A stretch of DNA of 54,039 nt from contig JAZQAZ010000038.1 in the NCBI GenBank assembly GCA_045545475.1, positions 1 through 54,039 on the forward strand. The letters run 5' to 3'. This DNA is from Clostridia bacterium (GTDB lineage: Bacteria > Bacillota > Clostridia > CAKSNL01 > HGM11501). The notes beneath the pieces are model-generated. The model saw only the letters and a program-made list of their open reading frames with translations. It did not search any database and was not told the origin of the DNA. The position numbers were made by a program, and so were the translations under genes. Below are positions 27,289-37,374 of the stretch, piece by piece. Within the stretch, counting starts at the first letter, position 1. Every line of letters starts with the position of its first letter.

Positions 27289-29589
27289 ATGTCTTTAATT
27301 ATCATAGAAGCAACCATTGACCCTGCATACAAAAAAGCCACAGAGATTTTTAATGAAATGTATGAAAAGGTGACGGGAAAAAAGCTTTCCGTAAAGACGG
27401 CAGACGACGGAGAAAGTGACCTTATCGTGCTTGGTTCTGACAGTGTAAACGATTTTCTTATGACGGAAGTTTTCGAAGGAAGGATAAAGTCCCTCGGTAT
27501 CCGCTACGGCACTGACTCTTATGCCATGAAAAGCTATGAAAAAGACGGGCGAAAGATTCTGGTTTTAGCTGGCGGAAGATTAAGAAGCACTCTTTATGCG
27601 ATTTACGGATATTTTGAAAAGTTTTTAGACTGCGGATATTTCTGGGACGGAGATGTTATTCCTCATTCGGAGGAAATACCGCTTACGGGAATCTGCGTAA
27701 ACGAGGAGCCACGCTTTTTTTACCGTGGATTAAGATATTTTGCACACCGCGGACTTAAACGGTTTCAGGCGGAGCATTGGGGATATTCCGACTGGAAAAA
27801 AGAGCTTCTCTGGATGACCAAAAAGAGACTTAATTTCTTTATGATGAGAATCGGTATGGATGATGTGTGGCAAAGAGCCTTTCCCGATGATGTTCCTTAT
27901 CCCGACGGCTACAGAAAAATTACGGGGCCCGATGCGAAAGACTACGATGACAGAACAGATTTCTGGACTCTTAAATACAGGGGAGAACTTCGCGAAAAGG
28001 TACTTGAATATGCAAGAAGTCTTGACATTATGTATCCTGCGGACTGCGGGACAATGACACATTGGTATTCACGAACTCCGATAGAATTTTTAGAGTCTAA
28101 AAAGCCGTCATTCGTTATGCAGGAAGTCGCACACTATACGGAATCCGACACGGGAAAAGTATTTGATTTTATGAAAAAGGAAAATATGGACTACTATATG
28201 CATCTGACGGAAACCATGGTGGCGGAACACGAAAAGTCATCGGCACTTTTCCATACAATAGGGCTTGGCGAAAGACAGATGTTCAAGGAAAAAGAGAAAA
28301 ACTTTGCACTTAAGATGATTGCGTACAGAAGAATTGCGGAAAATATAAAAAGGCGTTGGCCTGAAAGTAAGCTTATGCTTGCAAGCTGGGACTTTATCGG
28401 TTGGTGGGAGCATAAAGAGGTCAGAAATCTGATTTCCGAGCTGGATCCCGAAAATACGATAATTCTTGATTATACCTCGGAAGTTGACGATCCCGAGACG
28501 GGATTTTTGAATTGGGGAGTTATAGGGAAGTTTCCGTGGATATTCGGCCTTTTTCACGCCTATGAATCAGAGAGTGAAATAAGAGGGCCGTACGACAGAA
28601 GTGACGAGAGACTTAAGGTGGCAGCAGATGACAGCTTCTGCAAGGGAATGATACTCTGGCCTGAGCTTTCGCACAGCGATCCGATTGTTCTTGAATATCT
28701 TTCGGCAAATTCGTGGGCACCGCTTAAGCTTAAGGCAGAGGCTCTTGCCAGGAGATATTGCGAAAAAAGATACGGAGACTTATCCGATAAAATGAACTTT
28801 TCCTGGCAAAAGCTTTTCCCCTTTATAAAGCTTTCCGACTGGGGAGGATATACAAAAAGGAGCAAGGATGATGAAAATTACGTTAAATACTGTCCTTCAT
28901 GGTTTGTACATCAGAGTATGTGGGTTAAGCTTACGATTTTCTTAAGGCAAAAACCGCAACCTGACAGTGCACTGGTTAAATACTGGAACGGAAAAATTGA
29001 AGAAAACCGTCCGATGATGAAGGATATTAAAGAAGCACTCATAAATTTATCAGAAAATGAAGATGGTTTTTCAAATGAGTTTATATTGAGGGATACGATA
29101 GACCTTACAAGAACGGTTATATCAAGGTTTTTAAACTATACAATCATCAAAGCTGTGGAGGCGACAGGAAATAAAAAAAGGGTAGAGGAGCTTAGGGCTC
29201 ACTATCTTAGTCTTATGGAAATTCTTGGAGAGCTGATCGCTCACAATAAGGACTTTTCTGTTTATGAAACACTTGAAGGCTTAAGTGAGGAAGCTCCCGT
29301 TAATCCTGATTTTGAAACCACGTTAAAGCGTAATATATGGAATACATATTGTTCGCAGGCGGCGTATGAGCTTGTGAAATATATATTTATCGAGGAGGGA
29401 AAAATCGGCTTTTCCCATCTTGCAAAGCCCCTGGGAACAGAGCCTGTCTTTAATGAGCCGATGAAAGAGCTTAAAGAGAAATTCTTTAATACTCCTTTAT
29501 CAAAAATGCAGCCCGTAAAGCTTAGTCCTTTAAGCGAGGTTATCTTAAAGGCAGCAAAGGCAATAGAAAAAACTGAAAAAATACTGTGA
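27289..29589 (+). CDS. Divergent GH89-like (alpha-N-acetylglucosaminidase TIM-barrel) glycoside hydrolase
   Basis: N-terminal GH20/67/89-type domain (LAGGRLRSTLYAIYGYFEKFL); EPRFFYRG...WGYSDWKKELLWM; IILDY; GMILWPE...DPIVLE resembling GH89 motifs. Confidence 0.65.
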   Translation: MSLIIIEATIDPAYKKATEIFNEMYEKVTGKKLSVKTADDGESDLIVLGSDSVNDFLMTEVFEGRIKSLGIRYGTDSYAMKSYEKDGRKILVLAGGRLRSTLYAIYGYFEKFLDCGYFWDGDVIPHSEEIPLTGICVNEEPRFFYRGLRYFAHRGLKRFQAEHWGYSDWKKELLWMTKKRLNFFMMRIGMDDVWQRAFPDDVPYPDGYRKITGPDAKDYDDRTDFWTLKYRGELREKVLEYARSLDIMYPADCGTMTHWYSRTPIEFLESKKPSFVMQEVAHYTESDTGKVFDFMKKENMDYYMHLTETMVAEHEKSSALFHTIGLGERQMFKEKEKNFALKMIAYRRIAENIKRRWPESKLMLASWDFIGWWEHKEVRNLISELDPENTIILDYTSEVDDPETGFLNWGVIGKFPWIFGLFHAYESESEIRGPYDRSDERLKVAADDSFCKGMILWPELSHSDPIVLEYLSANSWAPLKLKAEALARRYCEKRYGDLSDKMNFSWQKLFPFIKLSDWGGYTKRSKDDENYVKYCPSWFVHQSMWVKLTIFLRQKPQPDSALVKYWNGKIEENRPMMKDIKEALINLSENEDGFSNEFILRDTIDLTRTVISRFLNYTIIKAVEATGNKKRVEELRAHYLSLMEILGELIAHNKDFSVYETLEGLSEEAPVNPDFETTLKRNIWNTYCSQAAYELVKYIFIEEGKIGFSHLAKPLGTEPVFNEPMKELKEKFFNTPLSKMQPVKLSPLSEVILKAAKAIEKTEKIL

Positions 29590-29657
29590 GTTTTAGCCGC
29601 AGGAAAAACTTTAACTTGCACTTCCTATAAAAAAGGCGTATAATGTTTCTTAAAGGT

Positions 29658-29672
29658 ATAAAAGAAATTTAT
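29658..29672. promoter_or_regulatory. Probable LysR autoregulatory box
   Basis: ATAA-N7-TTAT (T-N11-A type) between a TTGCAC..TATAAT promoter and the lysR RBS. Confidence 0.5.
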
Positions 29673-29683
29673 GAGGTGATGTT

Positions 29684-30631
29684 ATGCCGGAAGAAATGGA
29701 TTATGTATATGAGGTGTATAAGGAAAAAAGCTTTTCAACTGCGGCTAAAAAACTTTTTGTGACTCAGCCTGCACTTTCTTCAGCTATTAAAAAGACGGAG
29801 GAGAGAATAGGTGCGGTTTTGTTTGACAGAAGCACCGTTCCCGTTCAGCTTACTGATGCGGGAAAGGTTTATATTCAGGCAATAGAGCAGATAAAATCCA
29901 TTAAGGAAGACATGATGGAAAATATAAAAGACGTGTCTGAAATAAAGACCGGACATATAAAGGTAAGCGGTGAAAACTTCGTTTCAGCCTTCATAATGCC
30001 CGAGATATTAAAAGAGTACAATAAAAAGTATCCCGGCATTTCGATTGAACTTATTGAGTCCAATATGCACGACTTGCAGACACAGCTTTTGGAATCGAAA
30101 ATCGACCTTCTTATAGACTATGCGTTTGACCCGGAGCTTTACACGTCCTTTCCTCTTTTGGAGGATAAGCTTCTTTTGGCGGTTCCAAGCTCCCACGAAA
30201 TAAACTCAAAGCTTAAGAAATACCGCATGACAGACCGTGAGGTTGCTGACAGAAGAAACCTTGATATGGATGTGCCCGATGTTGACATAAGTGAATTTTC
30301 ATCCCTTGATTTCATAATGCTTAAAAAAGGAAACGATATGAATCACAGGGTGTCAACTCTTTGCGATGAGGCAGGGATTTCGCCTCGCACCGTACTTTAT
30401 ACAGATCAGCTTATTACGGCATATAACATGGCACGAAGCGGAATGGGTGCGGCGTTTATAACAGATACCCTGGTTCGTTCGGTAATTGAGCCGTCTAAAT
30501 GTGTGTTCTATAAGATTGCCGGCGAAAGTGCTAAACGAACACTTTGCATAGGATATAAGAAGAACCGTTATCAGTCAAAAGCGGTGAGGGCGTTTATTGA
30601 TACGGCAAGAGAAGTTTACGGAAAAAAATAA
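29684..30631 (+). CDS. LysR family transcriptional regulator
   Basis: SFSTAAKKLFVTQPALSSAIKKTE...LFDRST...LTDAG HTH plus substrate-binding domain. Confidence 0.95.
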   Translation: MPEEMDYVYEVYKEKSFSTAAKKLFVTQPALSSAIKKTEERIGAVLFDRSTVPVQLTDAGKVYIQAIEQIKSIKEDMMENIKDVSEIKTGHIKVSGENFVSAFIMPEILKEYNKKYPGISIELIESNMHDLQTQLLESKIDLLIDYAFDPELYTSFPLLEDKLLLAVPSSHEINSKLKKYRMTDREVADRRNLDMDVPDVDISEFSSLDFIMLKKGNDMNHRVSTLCDEAGISPRTVLYTDQLITAYNMARSGMGAAFITDTLVRSVIEPSKCVFYKIAGESAKRTLCIGYKKNRYQSKAVRAFIDTAREVYGKK

Positions 30632-30654
30632 AAGAGTGCCTAAGCACTCTTTTA
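30629..30654. terminator. Bidirectional terminator
   Basis: TAAAAGAGTGC-ctaa-GCACTCTTTTA spanning both stop codons. Confidence 0.75.
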
Positions 30655-31173
30655 GGAATCGATAACAACATCAAAGCTCATGATTTTTCCTGTTATGGCA
30701 TCTATCTTATATGTGTATTCTGAATTTCCCGATCTGAAGATTACGTTGTAGACTTTATTTTCTCTGTCAAGTTCGTTTTTGATAAGAACAGCAGTTCCTT
30801 CGGCCTCTGAATCCTGGAGAGCTATTTGAACAGCGGTCTCAGCAGGGATAAAGTGTTCCTGGGAGTTTTCTTCGTCTTCCGGGTCAAACATGGGAGCGTC
30901 TGAAGGCTCTTCCTTTAAGATTATGGATGTTATGCTTCCCGTGCGGGCGTTTACCGTTCCCTCGTAATTTCCGTGAAAAGTTTTGAAATCTACCACATAT
31001 GAGTTGGTTGACTCAGAGTAGATGCATTCAAGAATAATGGCATCCGAGTGGTGTGCGGTGATTATTTCTTTGGCTTCCTTTCCGGTAATTATTTGCTGAT
31101 TACTTTTGCTGCATGAGGGAAGAAACATTAAGATTATAAATAGTGTCAGAATAACAGAAAATATTTTATGCAT
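30652..31173 (-). CDS. PepSY-domain lipoprotein
   Basis: Signal peptide with lipobox (FLPSC); two PepSY-like units (ITGKEAKEI...VNARTGSI; AETAVQIAL...YKIDAITGKI); start placed at ATG 31173. Confidence 0.8.
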   Translation of the reverse strand: MHKIFSVILTLFIILMFLPSCSKSNQQIITGKEAKEIITAHHSDAIILECIYSESTNSYVVDFKTFHGNYEGTVNARTGSITSIILKEEPSDAPMFDPEDEENSQEHFIPAETAVQIALQDSEAEGTAVLIKNELDRENKVYNVIFRSGNSEYTYKIDAITGKIMSFDVVIDS

Positions 31174-31312
31174 AGTCAAGCTCCGAATATAGTAATATTT
31201 TGTATCATATTTTATTATTATACATGTATTGGGAGATAAATGCAAGATTTTTATTGATTTTTATTTTAAAATGTGGTGTAATAAAAAAAGCTTAAGTAAA
31301 GGAGCGGTAAAT

Positions 31313-31492
31313 ATGAAGAAAACAAGATGCGACGAATGTATGTATTACGAGTTTGATGAAGACAGTGAAACATACAGTTGTATAATAAATCTGGATGAAG
31401 ATGAAGCACAGCGTTTTATGGCTGGAGATTCCGGGGGATGTACTTATTTTCGTTTTTATGATGAATATAAAATGGTTAAAAAGCAGAACTGA
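31313..31492 (+). CDS. Small Cys-rich acidic protein (DUF6472-like)
   Basis: CDECMYYEFDED...C..NLDEDE..RF......C.YF..YDEYKMVKKQN; RBS AAGGAG. Confidence 0.8.
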   Translation: MKKTRCDECMYYEFDEDSETYSCIINLDEDEAQRFMAGDSGGCTYFRFYDEYKMVKKQN

Positions 31493-31501
31493 GGATTTTT
31501 T

Positions 31502-32209
31502 ATGGAAACACGTCTTGAAAGAACAGCTCTCATATTCGGGGAAGAAGCAATAAGCAAACTTAAAAATGCTCATGTGGCAATTTTCGGAATAGGTGGAGTA
31601 GGGGGATATGTTGCCGAGGCTTTGGCCAGAAGCGGTGTAGGAAAACTTACTTTGATTGACAACGATAAAGTGAGTGAAAGTAATATAAACAGGCAGATTA
31701 TCGCACTTTGTTCCACGGTCGGAAAATACAAGGTGGAGGTCATGAAAGAAAGAATTGCCGATATAAATCCCGATGCAAAAGTTTTTTGTCATAAATGCTT
31801 TTATCTTCCGGGAGAGGAAAATGAGTTGGAGTTTTCCGAATTTTCATACATTGTGGATGCGATAGATACCGTGACAGGGAAAATTGGTCTTGTCATGGAG
31901 GGAGAAAAAAATAATATTCCTGTGATTTCTTCCATGGGAACCGGGAATAAAACCGATCCTTCTGCTTTTATGATTTCGGATATATATAAAACTAAGGTTT
32001 GCCCTCTTGCGAAGGTTATGAGGACAGAGCTTAAAAAGCGGGGAGTAAAAAAGCTTAAGGTAGTCTATTCCGAGGAAATTCCGGTAAAGGCGGCTGAAAG
32101 AAGCGAAGGCGAAAGGCGGTCAGTCCCGGGGTCCAATGCTTTTTGTCCGCCGGTGGCAGGACTTATAATTGCATCTGAAGTAGTTAAAGACATTATAAAA
32201 AAGGATTGA
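31502..32209 (+). CDS. tcdA: tRNA threonylcarbamoyladenosine dehydratase (ThiF/E1-like)
   Basis: GIGGVGGYVAEALARSG, SNINRQ, DAID, SSMGTGNK, CPLAKVMR, VVYSEE. Confidence 0.92.
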   Translation: METRLERTALIFGEEAISKLKNAHVAIFGIGGVGGYVAEALARSGVGKLTLIDNDKVSESNINRQIIALCSTVGKYKVEVMKERIADINPDAKVFCHKCFYLPGEENELEFSEFSYIVDAIDTVTGKIGLVMEGEKNNIPVISSMGTGNKTDPSAFMISDIYKTKVCPLAKVMRTELKKRGVKKLKVVYSEEIPVKAAERSEGERRSVPGSNAFCPPVAGLIIASEVVKDIIKKD

Positions 32210-32213
32210 TTTT

Positions 32214-33236
32214 ATGAAAACTTTAATTGCCATGAGCGGCGGTGTTGATTCCGGCGTCGCTGCATTACTGATAAAAGAAAAGGGAATTGATGCAATGGGT
32301 GCTATCATGCATCTTTTGGGAAAGCGTAATAAAGATGCCGATGCGGCAAAGGATGTATGCGATAGAATCGGTATTCCGTTTTATGAGTTTGATTTTTCAA
32401 ATGAATTTTCATCATGTGTGATAAATAGCTTTGTTGAAAGTTATGAGAACGGAGCAACGCCTAACCCCTGTATAGAGTGTAACAGGCATCTGAAATTCGG
32501 GAAGTTTTTTGATGCGGCAAAGGATTTGGGATGCACTCATATAGCTACAGGGCATTATGCAATAATTGAAAAGGTCGGAAGTGAGTTTTTTCTTAAAAAG
32601 GCAAAGGATTCATCAAAGGATCAAAGCTATGTTCTTTATTCAATAAAGAGGGAAATGCTCTCTGAAATTATATTTCCGTTGGGAGAATATACGAAGGACG
32701 AGATAAGAGAAATTGCCGCAAAGAACGGCTTTATAAATGCCCATAAAAAGGACAGTCAGGATATATGCTTTGTTCCTGACGGAGACTATAAAAAGGTTAT
32801 AGCCGAAAGAAGCAGCAAATCCTACCCCGAAGGAAATTTTGTGAACAGGGACGGAGTCTTATTGGGCAGACATAAAGGAATCATAGGCTATACTATAGGG
32901 CAAAGAAAAGGCCTTGGTCTTGCACTTCCCGCTCCAATGTATGTATGCGAGAAGAATGTAGAAAAAAATGAAGTTGTGCTTTGCAGCAATGAAGAACTTT
33001 TTGAAAAGACCATGACAGTAAAAAATATAAATTGGCTGGCTTCGGATAAAATTCCGGATAAAGTAAGGGCAAAAGTTAAAATACGCTATAAACAGGAAGA
33101 ACAGCCTGCTGAAATTAATTTTACTAAAGACGGTGCAAATGTTACCTTCAATGAACCGCAGCGGGCAATATCAAGAGGACAGGCTGCTGTATTTTATGAT
33201 GGCGATATAGTTCTTGGCGGAGGAACAATAGTTTAA
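32214..33236 (+). CDS. mnmA: tRNA-specific 2-thiouridylase
   Basis: AMSGGVDS, TPNPCIECN, ATGHYA, KDQSY, DSQDICF, TIGQRKGL, GQAAVFY. Confidence 0.96.
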   Translation: MKTLIAMSGGVDSGVAALLIKEKGIDAMGAIMHLLGKRNKDADAAKDVCDRIGIPFYEFDFSNEFSSCVINSFVESYENGATPNPCIECNRHLKFGKFFDAAKDLGCTHIATGHYAIIEKVGSEFFLKKAKDSSKDQSYVLYSIKREMLSEIIFPLGEYTKDEIREIAAKNGFINAHKKDSQDICFVPDGDYKKVIAERSSKSYPEGNFVNRDGVLLGRHKGIIGYTIGQRKGLGLALPAPMYVCEKNVEKNEVVLCSNEELFEKTMTVKNINWLASDKIPDKVRAKVKIRYKQEEQPAEINFTKDGANVTFNEPQRAISRGQAAVFYDGDIVLGGGTIV

Positions 33237-33258
33237 GCATTTGCTTAAGGAGGATAAT

Positions 33259-34098
33259 ATGGGACGTGAGCTTACAAAAGAACAGCTTGTAGAGAGAAGT
33301 GTAGTGAAAAAATACAGGAAAACTATATGGAATCCGTTTATTGCGGCTGTAAAACGCTACGAGCTTATAAGTGAGGGAGACCGTGTGGCGGTGTGTATAT
33401 CCGGAGGAAAAGACTCCATGCTGCTTGCGGTTTTAATGCGTCTGCTTCAGCGAATAAGCGATGTACCTTTTTCCGTTACTTATCTTGTTATGGATCCTGG
33501 CTACAACGAAATAAACAGGCGAAAAATTGAGGAAAATGCCGCACTTTTGAATATTCCGGTAAACTTTTTTGAAAGTGATATATTTTCTGTTGCCGACAGT
33601 GTAGAAAAATCTTCTTGCTATCTTTGTGCAAGGATGAGAAGGGGGCACCTTTATGCAAAGGCAAAAGAACTCGGTTGCAATAAAATAGCTCTCGGACATC
33701 ATATGAGCGATGTTATTGAGACAACGCTTATGGGAATGATGTACGGAAGTCAGCTTCAGGGAATGATGCCCAGGATAAAAAGTACGAATTTTCAGGGAAT
33801 GGAACTGATACGGCCCATGTATTGCATATTGGAGGAAGATATTATATCGTGGAAAAACTATAATGAATTATCTTTTATTCAGTGTGCCTGCCGGTTTACC
33901 GAAAAGATGTCTGAGACGGGAGATGGAGTAGGGGAGTCAAAAAGGCAGGAAATAAAAATGCTTATAGCAGAACTGAAAAAAACTAACCCGGATATTGAGC
34001 ATAACCTTTTTAAGAGTATTCACAACGTAAATGTAGATACATTTGTTGAGTATAAATTAAAAGGAGAAGAACACAGCTTCCTTGAAAATTTCAAATAA
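33259..34098 (+). CDS. ttcA: tRNA 2-thiocytidine(32) synthetase TtcA-like
   Basis: PP-loop ISGGKDS, CYLCARMRRG, IALGHH, LIRPM, IQCAC; start at ATG 33259 after AGGAGG. Confidence 0.85.
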   Translation: MGRELTKEQLVERSVVKKYRKTIWNPFIAAVKRYELISEGDRVAVCISGGKDSMLLAVLMRLLQRISDVPFSVTYLVMDPGYNEINRRKIEENAALLNIPVNFFESDIFSVADSVEKSSCYLCARMRRGHLYAKAKELGCNKIALGHHMSDVIETTLMGMMYGSQLQGMMPRIKSTNFQGMELIRPMYCILEEDIISWKNYNELSFIQCACRFTEKMSETGDGVGESKRQEIKMLIAELKKTNPDIEHNLFKSIHNVNVDTFVEYKLKGEEHSFLENFK

Positions 34099-34128
34099 AA
34101 AAAGAGTGGCAACTGCCACTCTTTTTTT
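34097..34128. terminator. Bidirectional terminator
   Basis: AAAAAAAGAGTGGCA-ac-TGCCACTCTTTTTTT. Confidence 0.88.
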
Positions 34129-34129
34129 A

Positions 34130-34567
34130 TTACTTCAAGTTGCTTCTGGACTCTTTAATGGTTTCGATAAGAGACTCAAATTTCTGCTGCATACCGTAAA
34201 GAATTTCGTCGCAATATTCTAAAGTCTGCTTTCTGGTTTCCTGTGCATTATCCTTTGCAGAATCAATCATGCTTGTAGCTCTTTCGTAAGCTTTCTTTGT
34301 GATTTCATGCTCCTGAACCATCTGGATAGTCTTTTCTTCTGCGGATTTTATAATGCTTTCTGCTTCCTGCTGAGCTTCAGAAATAATCTTCTTGCGTTCT
34401 TCCTTCATCCAACGAGCCTGCTTAAGCTCTTCGGGAAGCTGAAGTCTGATATCTTCAATGTCGGCGAGTAATTCTTCTTTATCCATAAGGCTTTTGTTTA
34501 TAATCGGGATATTCATAGCCTTATCGATTTTTTCCTCAAGCTTATCAATGATTTCTAAAATTTCCAT
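34130..34567 (-). CDS. Conserved coiled-coil protein downstream of coaD (often labelled ATPase / DivIVA-like)
   Basis: DIRLQLPEELKQARW...A.EI..A pattern; rsmD-coaD-X gene order typical of Clostridia. Confidence 0.75.
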   Translation of the reverse strand: MEILEIIDKLEEKIDKAMNIPIINKSLMDKEELLADIEDIRLQLPEELKQARWMKEERKKIISEAQQEAESIIKSAEEKTIQMVQEHEITKKAYERATSMIDSAKDNAQETRKQTLEYCDEILYGMQQKFESLIETIKESRSNLK

Positions 34568-34571
34568 ATTG

Positions 34572-35605
<1,034 letters not shown>

Positions 35606-35665
35606 AACAACCACTCCGCATATAAGCATAATATTGTACTATATTATTATAAAACAAACACAATA

Positions 35666-35694
35666 AAAAAGCAAGAGGAATTTTTCCTCTTGCC
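35666..35694 (-). terminator. Terminator downstream of sipL
   Basis: GCAAGAGGAA-ttt-TTCCTCTTGC with A-run on +. Confidence 0.7.
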
Positions 35695-35703
35695 TTAATT
35701 TTT

Positions 35704-37233
35704 TTAAGCGGGAATCAAAAGTCGTGTTCCGACATTTAATAAATCTCCGTTTTCGATGGCATTTGCGGCCATGATTTTTTCTGTGGTTGTGGAGTATTTT
35801 TTTGCTATATCCCAAAGGGTATCTCCGCTTTTTACAAAGTAAATTATAATAGAAGGTCGATTTTTAGTGTCCGTATCATTTACATTGATGCTGTCGATAG
35901 AAGAGAAAGAATCTGTGCTTTCCGATATTTTTACGTTAAGATCGGCAATGCATCTTAAATCAAGCTTTGAAGGACTTAAATAGCTGAAATCTGAGTGAAC
36001 GCTCCCGGGCTTTATAAAAATCTCAGGATTCCCTGTTGGCGATTCCATGCTTTCTGCAAAGCTGAGCTGATGATTGAAAGAATGGATAGCTTTGCTGCCG
36101 GAAGATATGTACATTATTAGTACGTCTATTATTCCGGATATGGTTACTTTATCCTTTTCTATTATAGATTTTACATCTGTAATACGTGCAGTTACGGGAA
36201 GAATTTGCTCGGCATCAGGCATATGCGTAGGAATAACAACACTTTCCTTCAGATTAATTGACAATGGTTCTGAAATTAGAACTTCGCTTTTTCTAAAGGT
36301 TTGATTTTTAACCGATACAGCCATTCCGGGAATATATGCGTCGGTTATTGTACTAAGCTTTTCTGTGGTGAAAACTACTGCTGAAATACCAATATCCGCA
36401 CTGAAGGCAAACCCCTGGCGTGAGGCTTCGTCAGAACTGAAAATGTCTGTGTATGTTCTGATAAAGAAAGATACGTCGCAGTTATCTTCTTCGCTTAAGC
36501 CCGGAATATCTAAGATTTCGGTGAATGGGAGTTCATGGCGAAGATGGGAAATGTTTCCTTCGGGAGTAAGATAAAGTCTGAAAAGAGACAGTGTTCCTTT
36601 AGCTACGGCCTTTCCGGTTACAGTCTTAAAGGAACAGTCTTTAAGCGTTGCTCTTGACAAAAGCAGTGTATCAAATGGTTCGGAGGAAGGGGGAAGTTCA
36701 AGAAAATCGGAGACGGTGAAGCTTTCTTCTATTGAAGATGAAAGCTTTGAAAAAGTAAAAGTTTCTTTCTTTACTTCTGCCTCGGAGCTTCTCACCTTGG
36801 TGACAAGGGGGATGGAAACATCAAGGTATGAAATAAAGTTCACTGAAATTATACTTTTTACCGAAATTTTTCTGCTGTTTACCAAAAGGCATTCTGAGTG
36901 AACGGTTTCATAGCTTAAAATGAATTTATTATCGGGATTTACTCCGACACATTCTTCTATGTGATTGAAGGGGATTTTTGCCGATACCGAGTTTACCGTA
37001 TCCGATTCATCAGAAGTATAAAGTACGGTAAATTCCGCACATCCTGTGAAGATTATTCTGTTTTTCTGAATTTCGGTTTTTTCGATAAAACTTTTTCCTT
37101 CAACCAGAATTATTTCCGCAATATCTTTTTTTACATCCGGAACTATCGATTCACCTTCTGCCAGGATGTTGAGAGTTAAATTTGCCGAAGGATAGCTTGT
37201 TACAATGTTCTCTTTTATGAGTTCGGCTTCCAT
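35704..37233 (-). CDS. sipL: SPOCS (DUF3794) + LysM spore-coat morphogenetic protein, SipL-like
   Basis: VPDVKKDI...SPOCS-like repeats; C-terminal LysM YFVKSGDTLWDIAKKYSTT; start at ATG 37233 after AAAGGA. Confidence 0.85.
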   Translation of the reverse strand: MEAELIKENIVTSYPSANLTLNILAEGESIVPDVKKDIAEIILVEGKSFIEKTEIQKNRIIFTGCAEFTVLYTSDESDTVNSVSAKIPFNHIEECVGVNPDNKFILSYETVHSECLLVNSRKISVKSIISVNFISYLDVSIPLVTKVRSSEAEVKKETFTFSKLSSSIEESFTVSDFLELPPSSEPFDTLLLSRATLKDCSFKTVTGKAVAKGTLSLFRLYLTPEGNISHLRHELPFTEILDIPGLSEEDNCDVSFFIRTYTDIFSSDEASRQGFAFSADIGISAVVFTTEKLSTITDAYIPGMAVSVKNQTFRKSEVLISEPLSINLKESVVIPTHMPDAEQILPVTARITDVKSIIEKDKVTISGIIDVLIMYISSGSKAIHSFNHQLSFAESMESPTGNPEIFIKPGSVHSDFSYLSPSKLDLRCIADLNVKISESTDSFSSIDSINVNDTDTKNRPSIIIYFVKSGDTLWDIAKKYSTTTEKIMAANAIENGDLLNVGTRLLIPA

Positions 37234-37267
37234 TTTATCATTCCTTTCTGGCTTTCGCTTTTGGTAA

Positions 37268-37297
37268 TTTATATGCAAAATAAGAAAAGACTATGAC
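37268..37297 (-). promoter_or_regulatory. sigmaE-type sporulation promoter of sipL
   Basis: Minus strand GTCATAGT-14 bp-CATATAAA matches the sigmaE consensus. Confidence 0.65.
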
Positions 37298-37374
37298 AAA
37301 ATAAATAAACACACTTGAAAAAAATGATATTTGGTGATAAGATATTTGTTATTAAACAAAGAAGGCGGTGCACC

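Noticed and set aside
33259-34098. TtcA lacking the second CxxC
   Set aside because: The CxC form (IQCAC) is, to my knowledge, usual in this Firmicute TtcA-like group, so it is not evidence of decay
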